Assembly: GCA_965203735.1 (NCBI GenBank)
Contig: OZ241909.1
Span: 2,539,809-2,603,808, forward strand
DNA length: 64,000 nucleotides
Origin: Candidatus Azotimanducaceae bacterium
GTDB lineage: Bacteria > Pseudomonadota > Gammaproteobacteria > Pseudomonadales > Azotimanducaceae
Direction: 5' to 3'
Each line of letters starts with the position of its first letter. Position 1 is the stretch's first letter. The notes beneath the pieces are model-generated. The model saw nothing but the letters and a program-made list of their open reading frames with translations. It was not told where the DNA came from and did no database searches. The position numbers were made by a program, and so were the translations under genes. Positions 1 through 8,798 of this stretch are shown in pieces.

Positions 1-1188
1 TCGAGATCCGCAGATGGATTGGCTGTCTTACGTTCATCCCTTAGGGAATATGTCTGTAGTGAAGCAATGCACTACTTGGGTGTACCGACGACTCGAGCAT
101 TGTCGCTAGTGCTGACAGGCGACACCGTCATACGAGACATTCTTTACGACGGACATCCGGCTCCCGAACTCGGTGCGATAGTGTGTCGTGTTGCTCCGTC
201 ATTCGTACGTTTTGGAAACTTCGAAATATTCGCCGCACAGCGTAACTTCGAAATCATGCGTCAATTGATCGACCATACGATCAGCTTTGACTTTCCCGAT
301 CTCGAATTGGGAGACATGCCTCAGTCTTACATCCGGTGGTTTGAGAGCATCGTAGACCGCACAGCATTTCTCATGGCTGAGTGGACCCGTGTCGGGTTTG
401 TTCATGGAGTCATGAATACCGACAACATGTCCATCACTGGATTGACAATCGACTATGGCCCATACGGTTGGCTTGAAGGCTACGATCCGAATTGGACTCC
501 CAATACCACAGACGCCGATACGCGACGCTATCGATTTGGACAACAACCTGCAGTTGCAAACTGGAATCTACTCCAACTAGCAAACGCGATTGCACCTGTC
601 GTAGGCGAAGTAAAGCCGCTTGAGGACGCTCTGAATCAATACTCCAGGTTGTTTGACCAGTACTACCTGGATGCGATGGCTCGAAAGCTGGGACTCCGTG
701 CGTTAACCCAGACTGACGCACCCTTACTGCAAGAAATGAACAAAGTGCTCACCAGCACCGAAACCGACATGACCATCTTCTTCCGCAATCTTGCTCAATT
801 AGACATTGACGCAACAGCGAATGGAGCTGAGTCGCTCGACACAATCCGAGAGGCCTACTACTCACCCGATGAACTACTTGGAGACAGATCAAAGAGAATA
901 AATTCATGGCTGTGCGAATATTCCAGGCGTATACGTTCGGAAGCAAGCGATTCATCGTGGAGAACGACTCGAATGAACCAAGCCAACCCGTTGTACGTTC
1001 CTAGAAACTATCTTGCTCAACTTGCAATTGATGCAGCGGAGCAAGGCGACAACACATACTTGCGTGAATGGCTTGACGTATTGCAAAATCCATACACATA
1101 CCAACCGGGCAAAGACCAATACTTGGGCAAGAGACCCGAGTGGGCTCGGACACGAGTTGGGTGCTCAATGCTTTCTTGTAGTTCATAG
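1..1188 (+). CDS. selO: Protein adenylyltransferase SelO (YdiU/UPF0061 family), 5' end cut by window edge
   Basis: The frame is open from nt 1; the listed ORF 19..1188 begins at an internal Met. It contains the SelO-typical stretches VAPSFVRFGNFE and FVHGVMNTDNMSITGLTIDYGPYGW. The C-terminal tail is Cys-containing (GCSMLSCSS). Confidence 0.85.
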   Translation, partial: SRSADGLAVLRSSLREYVCSEAMHYLGVPTTRALSLVLTGDTVIRDILYDGHPAPELGAIVCRVAPSFVRFGNFEIFAAQRNFEIMRQLIDHTISFDFPDLELGDMPQSYIRWFESIVDRTAFLMAEWTRVGFVHGVMNTDNMSITGLTIDYGPYGWLEGYDPNWTPNTTDADTRRYRFGQQPAVANWNLLQLANAIAPVVGEVKPLEDALNQYSRLFDQYYLDAMARKLGLRALTQTDAPLLQEMNKVLTSTETDMTIFFRNLAQLDIDATANGAESLDTIREAYYSPDELLGDRSKRINSWLCEYSRRIRSEASDSSWRTTRMNQANPLYVPRNYLAQLAIDAAEQGDNTYLREWLDVLQNPYTYQPGKDQYLGKRPEWARTRVGCSMLSCSS

Positions 1189-1200
1189 CAATCGCCAGTC

Positions 1201-2844
1201 ATGAGACCAACAGCTAGTACCACCATCGAATCAGAAACGCTACTTCATCCTCCACTGGCCAAGAGTTCACAGTGGGTCAAGGTCTGCAATGAAGTAGACC
1301 TATCCATTGGAAATACAAAGGTCTTCAGACACAACGGCAAGCAAGTAGTCATCTTCGCGACTACACGCGGCTATCTTGCTTGCAATAACAGATGTCCTCA
1401 CCAAGGCTATCCCTTAAGTGAAGGGTGCATTACGGAAGATGGAGTGTTGACCTGCAATTGGCACAACTGGAAATTCGACCTCGATGCACAGGGAACGAAT
1501 CTCAAAGGAGGCGAGTCAGTTCGCACCTATCCACTAGAGGTGAGATCAGGAGAAATCTGGATTGATGTCCAGGACCCACCATTTGAGGTGCAATGTGCAA
1601 GTCTCGTGAAGAGTCTCCAGCGATCGATCAGAGACAACAGCTACGACCACATCGCTAGAGAATTAAGTCGACTACAACTGCTAGGCGCGGACTTGAGTGA
1701 AATGGTGGCTTACGCCATTGAATGGACGTTTGATCGACTGGAATACGGCTGGACACATGCGTACGCCGGGGCAACCGACTGGTTGACACTATTCGATGCC
1801 TTTGAAGGCGACCAAGAAAAGCAGCTCGTTTGTGTGTTGGAAGCAATCGGTCACATCGCAGACGACACGCTGCGCAGGCCCCAATACCCCTATTCGACTA
1901 ACTCTCAACCGTTCTCTCACGCCGAGTTTCTCGATGCGATCGAACGAGAAGACGAGGAGCGCGCGATCTCACTCATACGCGGTGCGATTAGTAGCGGACT
2001 TCATTACACAGATCTCGAGGAATCACTGTCTACCGCCGCGCTCGCTCACTACAACGACTTTGGCCACACATTGATCTACGTCGCCAAAGCCGGACAGCTT
2101 ATTTCGCGACTTGGAACACAGGTCGAATTGCCAATTTTGCTTGCGTTGACACGAACCCTTGTCTACACGACTCGCGAAGACCAGATTCCACAGTTTCGAC
2201 ACTACGCGACGGTACTGAACAAGTGGGATGGATGTGGTAGCAGATCATCTGCTAGATGGCAAGAGTTTCGCGACCTCTCCATTAATCAATCGTTGGATAA
2301 GACAGTGTCCTGTCAAACCAATGCTGCATCTGAGATCTTCGATGCATTGCTTGCGGCAAACGCCAACAACATGCTTCACTTTGATTTGGACCTTCAAGAG
2401 TCCGTTTCAAACAACATCGATGACAACATTAGTTGGCTTGGCTTCACACACACGCTCACATTTGCCAATGCGGTACGTTCACAATGCGAGAAGTTTCCCC
2501 AATTGTGGCCTCAGGCGTTGCTTCAAATGGCGTGCTTCCTGGGTCGAAACAAACCATATGTAGATCTAAACTCCTCCCAAGAGACGTGGTTCGTTGCAGA
2601 TCGGCCGCACTTCTATGAACAAGCTGTAAAGATGCTCTTCGATCATGGGAAAGAGGAATTCATCGTTTCAGTTCACTTGCTAAAGACATTGCTAGCCGCT
2701 CGTGCCGAGTCTCGGAATGCCCATGAAGAAACTAGCCACCTAGTGACTGCGGCGATGAATCGGTTTCTTGCTTCACCCATGAAGCGAAAACACGTACTAC
2801 GTACCGTCAAGCAAGCACGACAAACTGCCGAACTGGACATTTAG
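1201..2844 (+). CDS. Rieske [2Fe-2S] domain protein fused to a ~430-aa unrecognised helical domain
   Basis: The N-terminal ~120 aa carry the CxH...CxxH ligand pairs CPHQGYPL and CNWHNWKF. The ATG lies 12 nt after the selO stop. I do not recognise the C-terminal part. Confidence 0.7.
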   Translation: MRPTASTTIESETLLHPPLAKSSQWVKVCNEVDLSIGNTKVFRHNGKQVVIFATTRGYLACNNRCPHQGYPLSEGCITEDGVLTCNWHNWKFDLDAQGTNLKGGESVRTYPLEVRSGEIWIDVQDPPFEVQCASLVKSLQRSIRDNSYDHIARELSRLQLLGADLSEMVAYAIEWTFDRLEYGWTHAYAGATDWLTLFDAFEGDQEKQLVCVLEAIGHIADDTLRRPQYPYSTNSQPFSHAEFLDAIEREDEERAISLIRGAISSGLHYTDLEESLSTAALAHYNDFGHTLIYVAKAGQLISRLGTQVELPILLALTRTLVYTTREDQIPQFRHYATVLNKWDGCGSRSSARWQEFRDLSINQSLDKTVSCQTNAASEIFDALLAANANNMLHFDLDLQESVSNNIDDNISWLGFTHTLTFANAVRSQCEKFPQLWPQALLQMACFLGRNKPYVDLNSSQETWFVADRPHFYEQAVKMLFDHGKEEFIVSVHLLKTLLAARAESRNAHEETSHLVTAAMNRFLASPMKRKHVLRTVKQARQTAELDI

Positions 2845-3022
2845 GGATCGGAAAAGCCCAGTTCAAGTCCCGGAATTGACTGGGTTATGGCCCATTAAGT
2901 GTCTGCTCGTTCACGGTCTTCTAACCAACGATCCTCACAACGAACGGAGATTGGATTCTGCGTAGGGAATGACCATTGAATTATCATTGTTAGGTGTAGC
3001 TAACAAGTGGTAATTTAACTCA

Positions 3023-4186
3023 ATGCAACTGGCTAACAAGATGCATCGTCTGGGAACGGAGACAGCGTTCGAAGTGCTTCAACGTGCGGAAGCATTGCGG
3101 TCTCAAGGAAGAAACATCATAAATTTGGGCATTGGTCAGCCTGATTTCAAATCGCCTCCGCATGTGGTGGAAGCAGCGGTCAAAGCTCTTCGAGATGGAC
3201 ACCATGGCTATACGCCCGCTCCTGGAATTCCGCAGTTAAGAGAGGCTGTCGTTGCAGACATACTGAAGCAACGCGGAGTAGAAGTTGATCCTGGAAATGT
3301 CCTAGTAGTGCCGGGTGGCAAGGTAACAATGTTCTTTGCCATTCTGATGTTTGGCGAGCCGGGCGCGGAAATCCTCTACCCGAATCCTGGATTTCCCATT
3401 TATGAATCGGTCATCAACTTTACCGGTGCCAAGGCTGTTCCTATACCGTTGGTCGAGGAGTTCGATTTCTCGTTCAGCGCTCAAGGAGTGCTCGATCTCC
3501 TGACCCCGAACACACGATTGATAATCCTGAATTCTCCCGCAAATCCCACGGGTGGAGCCGTGCCCAAGTCAGAGATAGATGTTCTGGTGAAGGGCCTCGA
3601 GCAATTCCCCAACGCCGCCATCATGAGCGACGAAATCTATTCAAGGATTTGCTATGCCGACGAAGGTCATGTTTCGTTGATGAACTATCCCGAGATCCAA
3701 GATCGGCTGATTCTGCTCGACGGATGGAGCAAGACCTACGCAATGACAGGATGGCGCATGGGCTACTCCGTATGGCCCGATTCGCTCATTGACCACGCCA
3801 CACGATTGGCGATTAATTGCCATTCGTGCGTCAACGCATCCGCTCAGTACGCAGCGATTGCGGCACTTCAAGGTCCTCAGGACTCCGTCGACAACATGGT
3901 CGATACCTTTGAGACTCGACGAGAACTAATTGTTGAGGGATTGAACAAAATACCGAATGTTTCCTGTCGGAATCCACGGGGTGCTTTCTATGTCTTCCCA
4001 AACGTATCTAAGCTTCAAGGACTCGCTCGAGACATTCAGAACACTTGGTTAGAGGATCTAGGTGTCGCTACCGTGGCTGGAACCAGCTTCGGTTCGTACG
4101 GTGAGGGATATGTACGTTTCTCCTACGCAGCGGCAACCGACGAAATTGAAACGGCACTAGAACGAATAGGCAACTCTCTCGCATAA
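3023..4186 (+). CDS. Class I/II PLP-dependent aminotransferase (aspartate/aromatic type)
   Basis: 387 aa. It has NSPANPTG and the PLP-lysine context SKTYAMTGWRMGY. Length and layout are typical of AspC-like enzymes. Confidence 0.8.
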   Translation: MQLANKMHRLGTETAFEVLQRAEALRSQGRNIINLGIGQPDFKSPPHVVEAAVKALRDGHHGYTPAPGIPQLREAVVADILKQRGVEVDPGNVLVVPGGKVTMFFAILMFGEPGAEILYPNPGFPIYESVINFTGAKAVPIPLVEEFDFSFSAQGVLDLLTPNTRLIILNSPANPTGGAVPKSEIDVLVKGLEQFPNAAIMSDEIYSRICYADEGHVSLMNYPEIQDRLILLDGWSKTYAMTGWRMGYSVWPDSLIDHATRLAINCHSCVNASAQYAAIAALQGPQDSVDNMVDTFETRRELIVEGLNKIPNVSCRNPRGAFYVFPNVSKLQGLARDIQNTWLEDLGVATVAGTSFGSYGEGYVRFSYAAATDEIETALERIGNSLA

Positions 4187-4276
4187 CTGCACAGCTATCC
4201 AAACTAGGACCGGTCGAAAGCAGCGTCTCTACGCATTACAATTCTTGCTAACACCAAATCACGTTAGGTTGAGTGC

Positions 4277-5221
4277 ATGAAGGTCAAGAACATTCGCTAT
4301 ACACCCGGTGGTGGAGCAGAACTAGTTTCATACGAGATTTCCGATCCTGGTCCCGGAGAAGTGCAAGTAGAGACAGCAGCATGTGGAATTTGCTCCTGGG
4401 ATCTTCAGACCTTTCGAACAGGATCAGACGGCCCAAGTCCTGCGCCTCCAGGGCACGAAGGCATGGGATATGTCAGCAAACTCGGACCGGGCGTGACGAA
4501 CCTCGAAGTAGGACAAAGGGTGGTAGGTGGCGGTTTCGCACAAGTCCGCAATGCACCTGCAAGTCGACTTCTCAAGATCCCCGATTCCAACCTAGAAGAT
4601 CACCATTGGATTGTTGAACCGGTCTCCTGTGTTGTTACGGGCATGGATCATTGCCGACTCAAGGCTGGCGAGCGCCTAGCAATGGTCGGATGCGGTTTCA
4701 TGGGATTGATGATGATTCAGGGACTGGCCGGAGCTGGCGCTGATCAGCTCATTGCGCTGGACATCGACAATCGTCGACTGGCCCTCGCGAGTGAATTCGG
4801 AGCGACGGAAGCGTACAACGTCAACGACGAAAACTTCGATCAAGTTCGAAAAGAGTTGCGAAGCCGACGAATCGACACGGTTGTAGATACAAGCGGTTCG
4901 CAATCGGGTCTTGATCTAGCGACTGAGATCGTAAAGGTAGGTGGCTTAATCAATCTCTTTGGTTGGATCAAAGGTTCCACGGCCACATTCAATCCTACAG
5001 CTTGGCACGGAAAGGCAATCTCCATCGTGAATACCTCTCCGGCGGCTCAGATGCGCGATCCGTTCCCAGTCGCTGTCCGACTGATACACAATGGATTGAT
5101 CGATTTGCGACCTTTGGTCACACACGTTATCCCAATCGACGAGTATCCAGACTTCATGCGTGGTGTTACGAGTGGGTCGGTTGATGGTTACATCAAAGGC
5201 GTAGTGACCCACGCACGCTGA
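4277..5221 (+). CDS. Zinc-type medium-chain alcohol dehydrogenase/reductase family protein
   Basis: It has an N-terminal CGICSWDL and GHEGMGYV zinc-ligand region. A Rossmann glycine motif VGCGFMGLMMIQ follows. Length is 314 aa. Confidence 0.7.
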   Translation: MKVKNIRYTPGGGAELVSYEISDPGPGEVQVETAACGICSWDLQTFRTGSDGPSPAPPGHEGMGYVSKLGPGVTNLEVGQRVVGGGFAQVRNAPASRLLKIPDSNLEDHHWIVEPVSCVVTGMDHCRLKAGERLAMVGCGFMGLMMIQGLAGAGADQLIALDIDNRRLALASEFGATEAYNVNDENFDQVRKELRSRRIDTVVDTSGSQSGLDLATEIVKVGGLINLFGWIKGSTATFNPTAWHGKAISIVNTSPAAQMRDPFPVAVRLIHNGLIDLRPLVTHVIPIDEYPDFMRGVTSGSVDGYIKGVVTHAR

Positions 5222-5296
5222 TTTTTGTAGAACTGTGAGCACACCAAGACCGGTAATACGTACGAACTGCCGCAAACTGAATGCAAGGAGCACGGT

Positions 5297-5725
5297 ATGG
5301 CAATAAGACCCATATTTGAAATAGTCGAAGAAGCCAAGCAAGACATCGAAAACCTTGATTGCGACGACTTGGAAAAGGAAATCGAAAGCGACGAAAAACC
5401 GTTGCTTGTGGACATCCGTGAGATTCAGGAATACGTGGATTATGGAACGATTCCCGACGCTGTTCATGCGCCCCGTGGAATGCTTGAGTTTTGGGCCGAC
5501 CCAAGTAGTCCTTATTTCCGAGGGAATTTCACCCAAGATCGTCGCATTGTCTTGTTTTGTGCAGCCGGCGGGAGATCTGCCTTGGCGGTGAAGTCGCTCA
5601 AGGAAATGGGATTCTCAAATGTCGCACATCTTGAACCGGGCTTCAACGGATGGGCAAAAGCCAAGAAACCTATTCAAGAAACAGCCACCCGATCACGCTG
5701 GATGCGCAAATTGCGCGGTCTCTAG
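5297..5725 (+). CDS. Single-domain rhodanese-like sulfurtransferase
   Basis: 142 aa. The active-site loop is FCAAGGRSA (CxxGxRS). Confidence 0.75.
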   Translation: MAIRPIFEIVEEAKQDIENLDCDDLEKEIESDEKPLLVDIREIQEYVDYGTIPDAVHAPRGMLEFWADPSSPYFRGNFTQDRRIVLFCAAGGRSALAVKSLKEMGFSNVAHLEPGFNGWAKAKKPIQETATRSRWMRKLRGL

Positions 5726-5790
5726 ACCAATTCAGACTGACTAGTAGTCTTCTCTAGGAGCGGGTTCCTTCAGTCGAAGGAAGAAGCTTC

Positions 5791-6663
5791 TCAGTCAAAC
5801 TCGAAGTAGGCATTCGAAACTACTACCGAATCCCCTACTCGTGCTTCGAATATTACTCTGGAAGAACTCTCGCTCCAAGCGCGGATTTCCATTGTGTCAC
5901 CTGGATAGACCGGTGAAGAGAATCGAACCTTGATTCTTCGGAATCGGGACGGGTCTCCGTCACATAGTTCATCCAACAAGCTCTGTGCACAGTGCCCAAA
6001 TGTGCAAAGTCCGTGAAGAATTGGACTCTCGAATCCCCCAAACTTTGCGGCAGCGGGATCAATGTGCAATGAGTTGTAGTCTCCAGACAGGCGATACAGT
6101 TGAGCTTGATTCTCCGCAATTTCTACTTGAGTGACCAAGGATGGACTTGATTCGGGTACGACGATCTTCTGCGAGAAAGTCTCTCCAGATCCTTCAAATG
6201 GTTCAATGTCGCCTAACTGCTTGACACCTCGTCGGAACGAGCCATTCACCATTCGAATGCAATCGTTTCCATCTCCGTCGGTAACTATGCTTTCGTACTC
6301 ACAGAACCCATTTCCCTTTCCCTTGGGGTGAACGCCAATTAACCGCGACCGGACCGAGACAGTTCCATTGGTAGGCAATGGACCGAGGACTTCCAAGTAA
6401 CGTTCAGCATCAATATTCAACGGACCAGGAGAACCTGGAATCAGGCTTGTGTCCACAGGAGCTCCAGCTCCACCCCATCGAATCGCAAATGTCGGAAACA
6501 CAGAGAATCCAGAGTGATTCTCGTAAATGAAACGGAGATCGGTTATGCCGATCCCAACTGCATACAAGAGAACATCCCGCACGTTGTAACTAATAGAAAC
6601 TGGATTCCCCCAGGGACCGGGCTTTCCATCCGGTAGAGCTCTCAGTGCGTCATACTTAGCCAT
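5791..6663 (-). CDS. MaoC-like (R)-specific enoyl-CoA hydratase, MFE-2 hydratase-2 type (double hot-dog)
   Basis: It carries the hydratase-2 motif YRLSGDYNSLHIDPAAAKFGGF...ILHG. The 290-aa length fits a double hot-dog fold. It lies 25 nt downstream of the thiolase gene on the same strand. Confidence 0.75.
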   Translation of the reverse strand: MAKYDALRALPDGKPGPWGNPVSISYNVRDVLLYAVGIGITDLRFIYENHSGFSVFPTFAIRWGGAGAPVDTSLIPGSPGPLNIDAERYLEVLGPLPTNGTVSVRSRLIGVHPKGKGNGFCEYESIVTDGDGNDCIRMVNGSFRRGVKQLGDIEPFEGSGETFSQKIVVPESSPSLVTQVEIAENQAQLYRLSGDYNSLHIDPAAAKFGGFESPILHGLCTFGHCAQSLLDELCDGDPSRFRRIKVRFSSPVYPGDTMEIRAWSESSSRVIFEARVGDSVVVSNAYFEFD

Positions 6664-6688
6664 TCTGTGTATTTCCTCGCTTAATTCG

Positions 6689-7900
6689 TCAAGCTTCCAG
6701 TATTAATGTTCCTGTAGTCGACAGAGTTCCACCGGTTCCGTTCACTATGCAGGTTTGAGCGTTGGTTTGTTTGCCTTCGATGCCGTTCACGCCATCTTCC
6801 GCAGTCTGGGACAACTGCCTGTAGGCTTCAATCAGCAACTGCATGCCGTACATTCCGGAGTGATTGAAGGACAATCCACCACCATTCGTGTTGATAGGTA
6901 GCGATCCTCCAGGAGCGGCTATGCCTTCCTTCCACAGTGTGTGCCCTTTTCCTCGGGGAGCGAGACCTAACATTTCAGCCGTAATCGCAGCTGTAATTGT
7001 GAATGAGTCGTAGATCATTGCCATATCCATGTCCTGCGGTCCCATAGACGCCATCTCGTAAGCTGTTCTGGATGACTTTGCTGCCGAAGTCGCTGTAAAG
7101 TCCGACATCTCCACCATATTGGAGTGACCCATTGATTCTCCCGCACCTGCAATCCAAACAGGTTCGGTTCGCAGCGACATCGCGATTTCAGGTCGAGCGA
7201 CGATCACGGCCCCACCGTGATCGCACACTAGACAACAGTGCGAAATGGTCATCGGCCAAGCAATCATCGGACCATTCTGAACGATTTCGACAGTTAGCGG
7301 ACCACCATTTGGATCTGTTTCCTTTGAAAACATCACCGCACGTGGATTCAGCATTGCCCACTGCCTTGTTACTACCGCAATATGTGCAAAGTCCTCGGGA
7401 GTTGTTCCATACGCATGCATGTGTCGAACCATCGAGTGTGCGTATTGCGAAGGTGCTCCGAAAGTACCGTATGCAGCGGTAGCCAGTTCCGCTGGTGAGA
7501 CTTCCCCTCGTCCGCCTCCTCCTCCTCGTCCACCTCCACCACGATACGATCTTCCTGCCTCGCCATGACTAACAAGCGCGATATCTATGATTCCTGCGCT
7601 TATCGCTGCAAGTGCATGGTGCACATGAATTTGAAACGAACAACCACCTACCGAGGTCGTATCGAGGTAGTTGGGACGTATTCCCAGGTGCTCCGCGAGT
7701 TCGGAGGACCAACCAGCGGAAAACACTCCGTCGATATCAGAAATTGGAATTCCCGTATATTCGGAGACATTCTTGATCGCCTCAATGTGATGTTGTAACG
7801 AGGTAATTCTGAGTCCTCGCTCCGGTGTAAATCCGATCTCATTTGACTCTGCCGCCCCGACAATGGCCGCAGCGCGAGAAAGTTCGTGTGCTACTGGCAT
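6689..7900 (-). CDS. Thiolase-fold protein of the SCP-x / lipid-transfer (Ltp) type
   Basis: A candidate nucleophile Cys lies in TTSVGGCSF. The C-terminal motif is NTNGGGLSFNHSGMYG. The start lies 3 nt after the DUF35 stop. It contains an unusual RGG-rich insertion (see findings). Confidence 0.75.
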   Translation of the reverse strand: MPVAHELSRAAAIVGAAESNEIGFTPERGLRITSLQHHIEAIKNVSEYTGIPISDIDGVFSAGWSSELAEHLGIRPNYLDTTSVGGCSFQIHVHHALAAISAGIIDIALVSHGEAGRSYRGGGGRGGGGGRGEVSPAELATAAYGTFGAPSQYAHSMVRHMHAYGTTPEDFAHIAVVTRQWAMLNPRAVMFSKETDPNGGPLTVEIVQNGPMIAWPMTISHCCLVCDHGGAVIVARPEIAMSLRTEPVWIAGAGESMGHSNMVEMSDFTATSAAKSSRTAYEMASMGPQDMDMAMIYDSFTITAAITAEMLGLAPRGKGHTLWKEGIAAPGGSLPINTNGGGLSFNHSGMYGMQLLIEAYRQLSQTAEDGVNGIEGKQTNAQTCIVNGTGGTLSTTGTLILEA

Positions 7901-7903
7901 TGA

Positions 7904-8320
7904 CTATTCCTCCACGACACGCCAAAAAGGGATGTAGGTTTCGTCATCGACTTTCTCGAACTCGACGCGAACTTTGCAACCGATCTTGATTTCCTCGGGT
8001 TTCGAAGCGTCCACACCCCTAAGAACGGTCATCATTCGGTCTCCTTCAGCAAGGTCGATATAGGCTGTTACGTATGGGGCTTCCTCGCCCCATCCACCAA
8101 ACGCTCTGTGTTGAACGGCATAGGTATACAGTGTGCCCTCTCCACTTGCTTCGGTCCAAGTCAAGTTCGTGGAGTGACAATACGGACAGATCAATCTTGG
8201 ATACCAGTGCACGCCTCCGCAGTCTTTGCACCGACGAACCATTAGCTTGCCGTTCTTAGCTCCCTCCCAGAACGTCTCATGATGTTGTCCCTTTCTCGGT
8301 ACTGGTTTGTTGTACGCCAC
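7904..8320 (-). CDS. DUF35-type Zn-ribbon/OB-fold protein (thiolase partner)
   Basis: The four-Cys ribbon CKDCGGVHWYPRLICPYCHS is followed by an OB-like region. The six-frame ORF reaches TTG 8326. GAGGAGGG at 8327-8334 abuts that TTG and lies 6 nt upstream of GTG 8320, so I prefer GTG 8320. Confidence 0.75.
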   Translation of the reverse strand: MAYNKPVPRKGQHHETFWEGAKNGKLMVRRCKDCGGVHWYPRLICPYCHSTNLTWTEASGEGTLYTYAVQHRAFGGWGEEAPYVTAYIDLAEGDRMMTVLRGVDASKPEEIKIGCKVRVEFEKVDDETYIPFWRVVEE

Positions 8321-8798
8321 TAGCAACCCTCCTCTAACAAGTGGTTTGACACGTCACAGTGTCTGTCTTGCATCACAGACAGAAAACGCACGGCGGAATT
8401 GGATACAACCCTTGCTCAGAGTCAGGTTTTAGAACCGTAGCGTGTCTGACTAACAAATAGCATTGTATCACATCAAAAATACCGTGAGATTGATGGAACG
8501 CTAGGCTCAAACGCAATAACTCTGCTCTTCCGGACGGGCGAAACCGTTTCTCAATTCGACTTTGAACAGTGCTGTCTGAGTATTAGAAAAATCCAAGTGA
8601 CAATGAAAGTCTCCCACAAGCAGTTTCCGACAATATCTCTTAAAATGTACAGGAATAGAGGTTTAGTTGACGAAATCTGGCTCTCCAAGCTTCTACCCAG
8701 ACCTACCTCACCGTCAATCCTCGCACCGGCAAAGAGTTTGATCTCAGAAATTCGGAAGTGTCTACTACGCAATCACCCAACAGCAGCAAGAGACTAAG

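Noticed and set aside
4946-5536. 196-aa minus-strand ORF spanning the ADH 3' end and the rhodanese 5' end.
   Set aside because: It is antisense to two well-supported genes, its composition is not protein-like, and it crosses an intergenic spacer. It is a shadow ORF.
8360-8381. 7-bp inverted repeat TGTCTGT / ACAGACA, plus scattered GTGTCTG copies, in the divergent 470-bp region between the DUF35 operon and the ABC importer.
   Set aside because: The arms are too short and cannot be extended, so chance is likely in 470 bp. No regulator gene is adjacent to give it context.
8597-8797. 66-codon ORF ending immediately before the ABC importer start (possible leader peptide).
   Set aside because: There is no Shine-Dalgarno sequence, the composition is odd, and an equally long antisense ORF (8551..8772) covers the same DNA. 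It is probably non-coding leader/promoter DNA.
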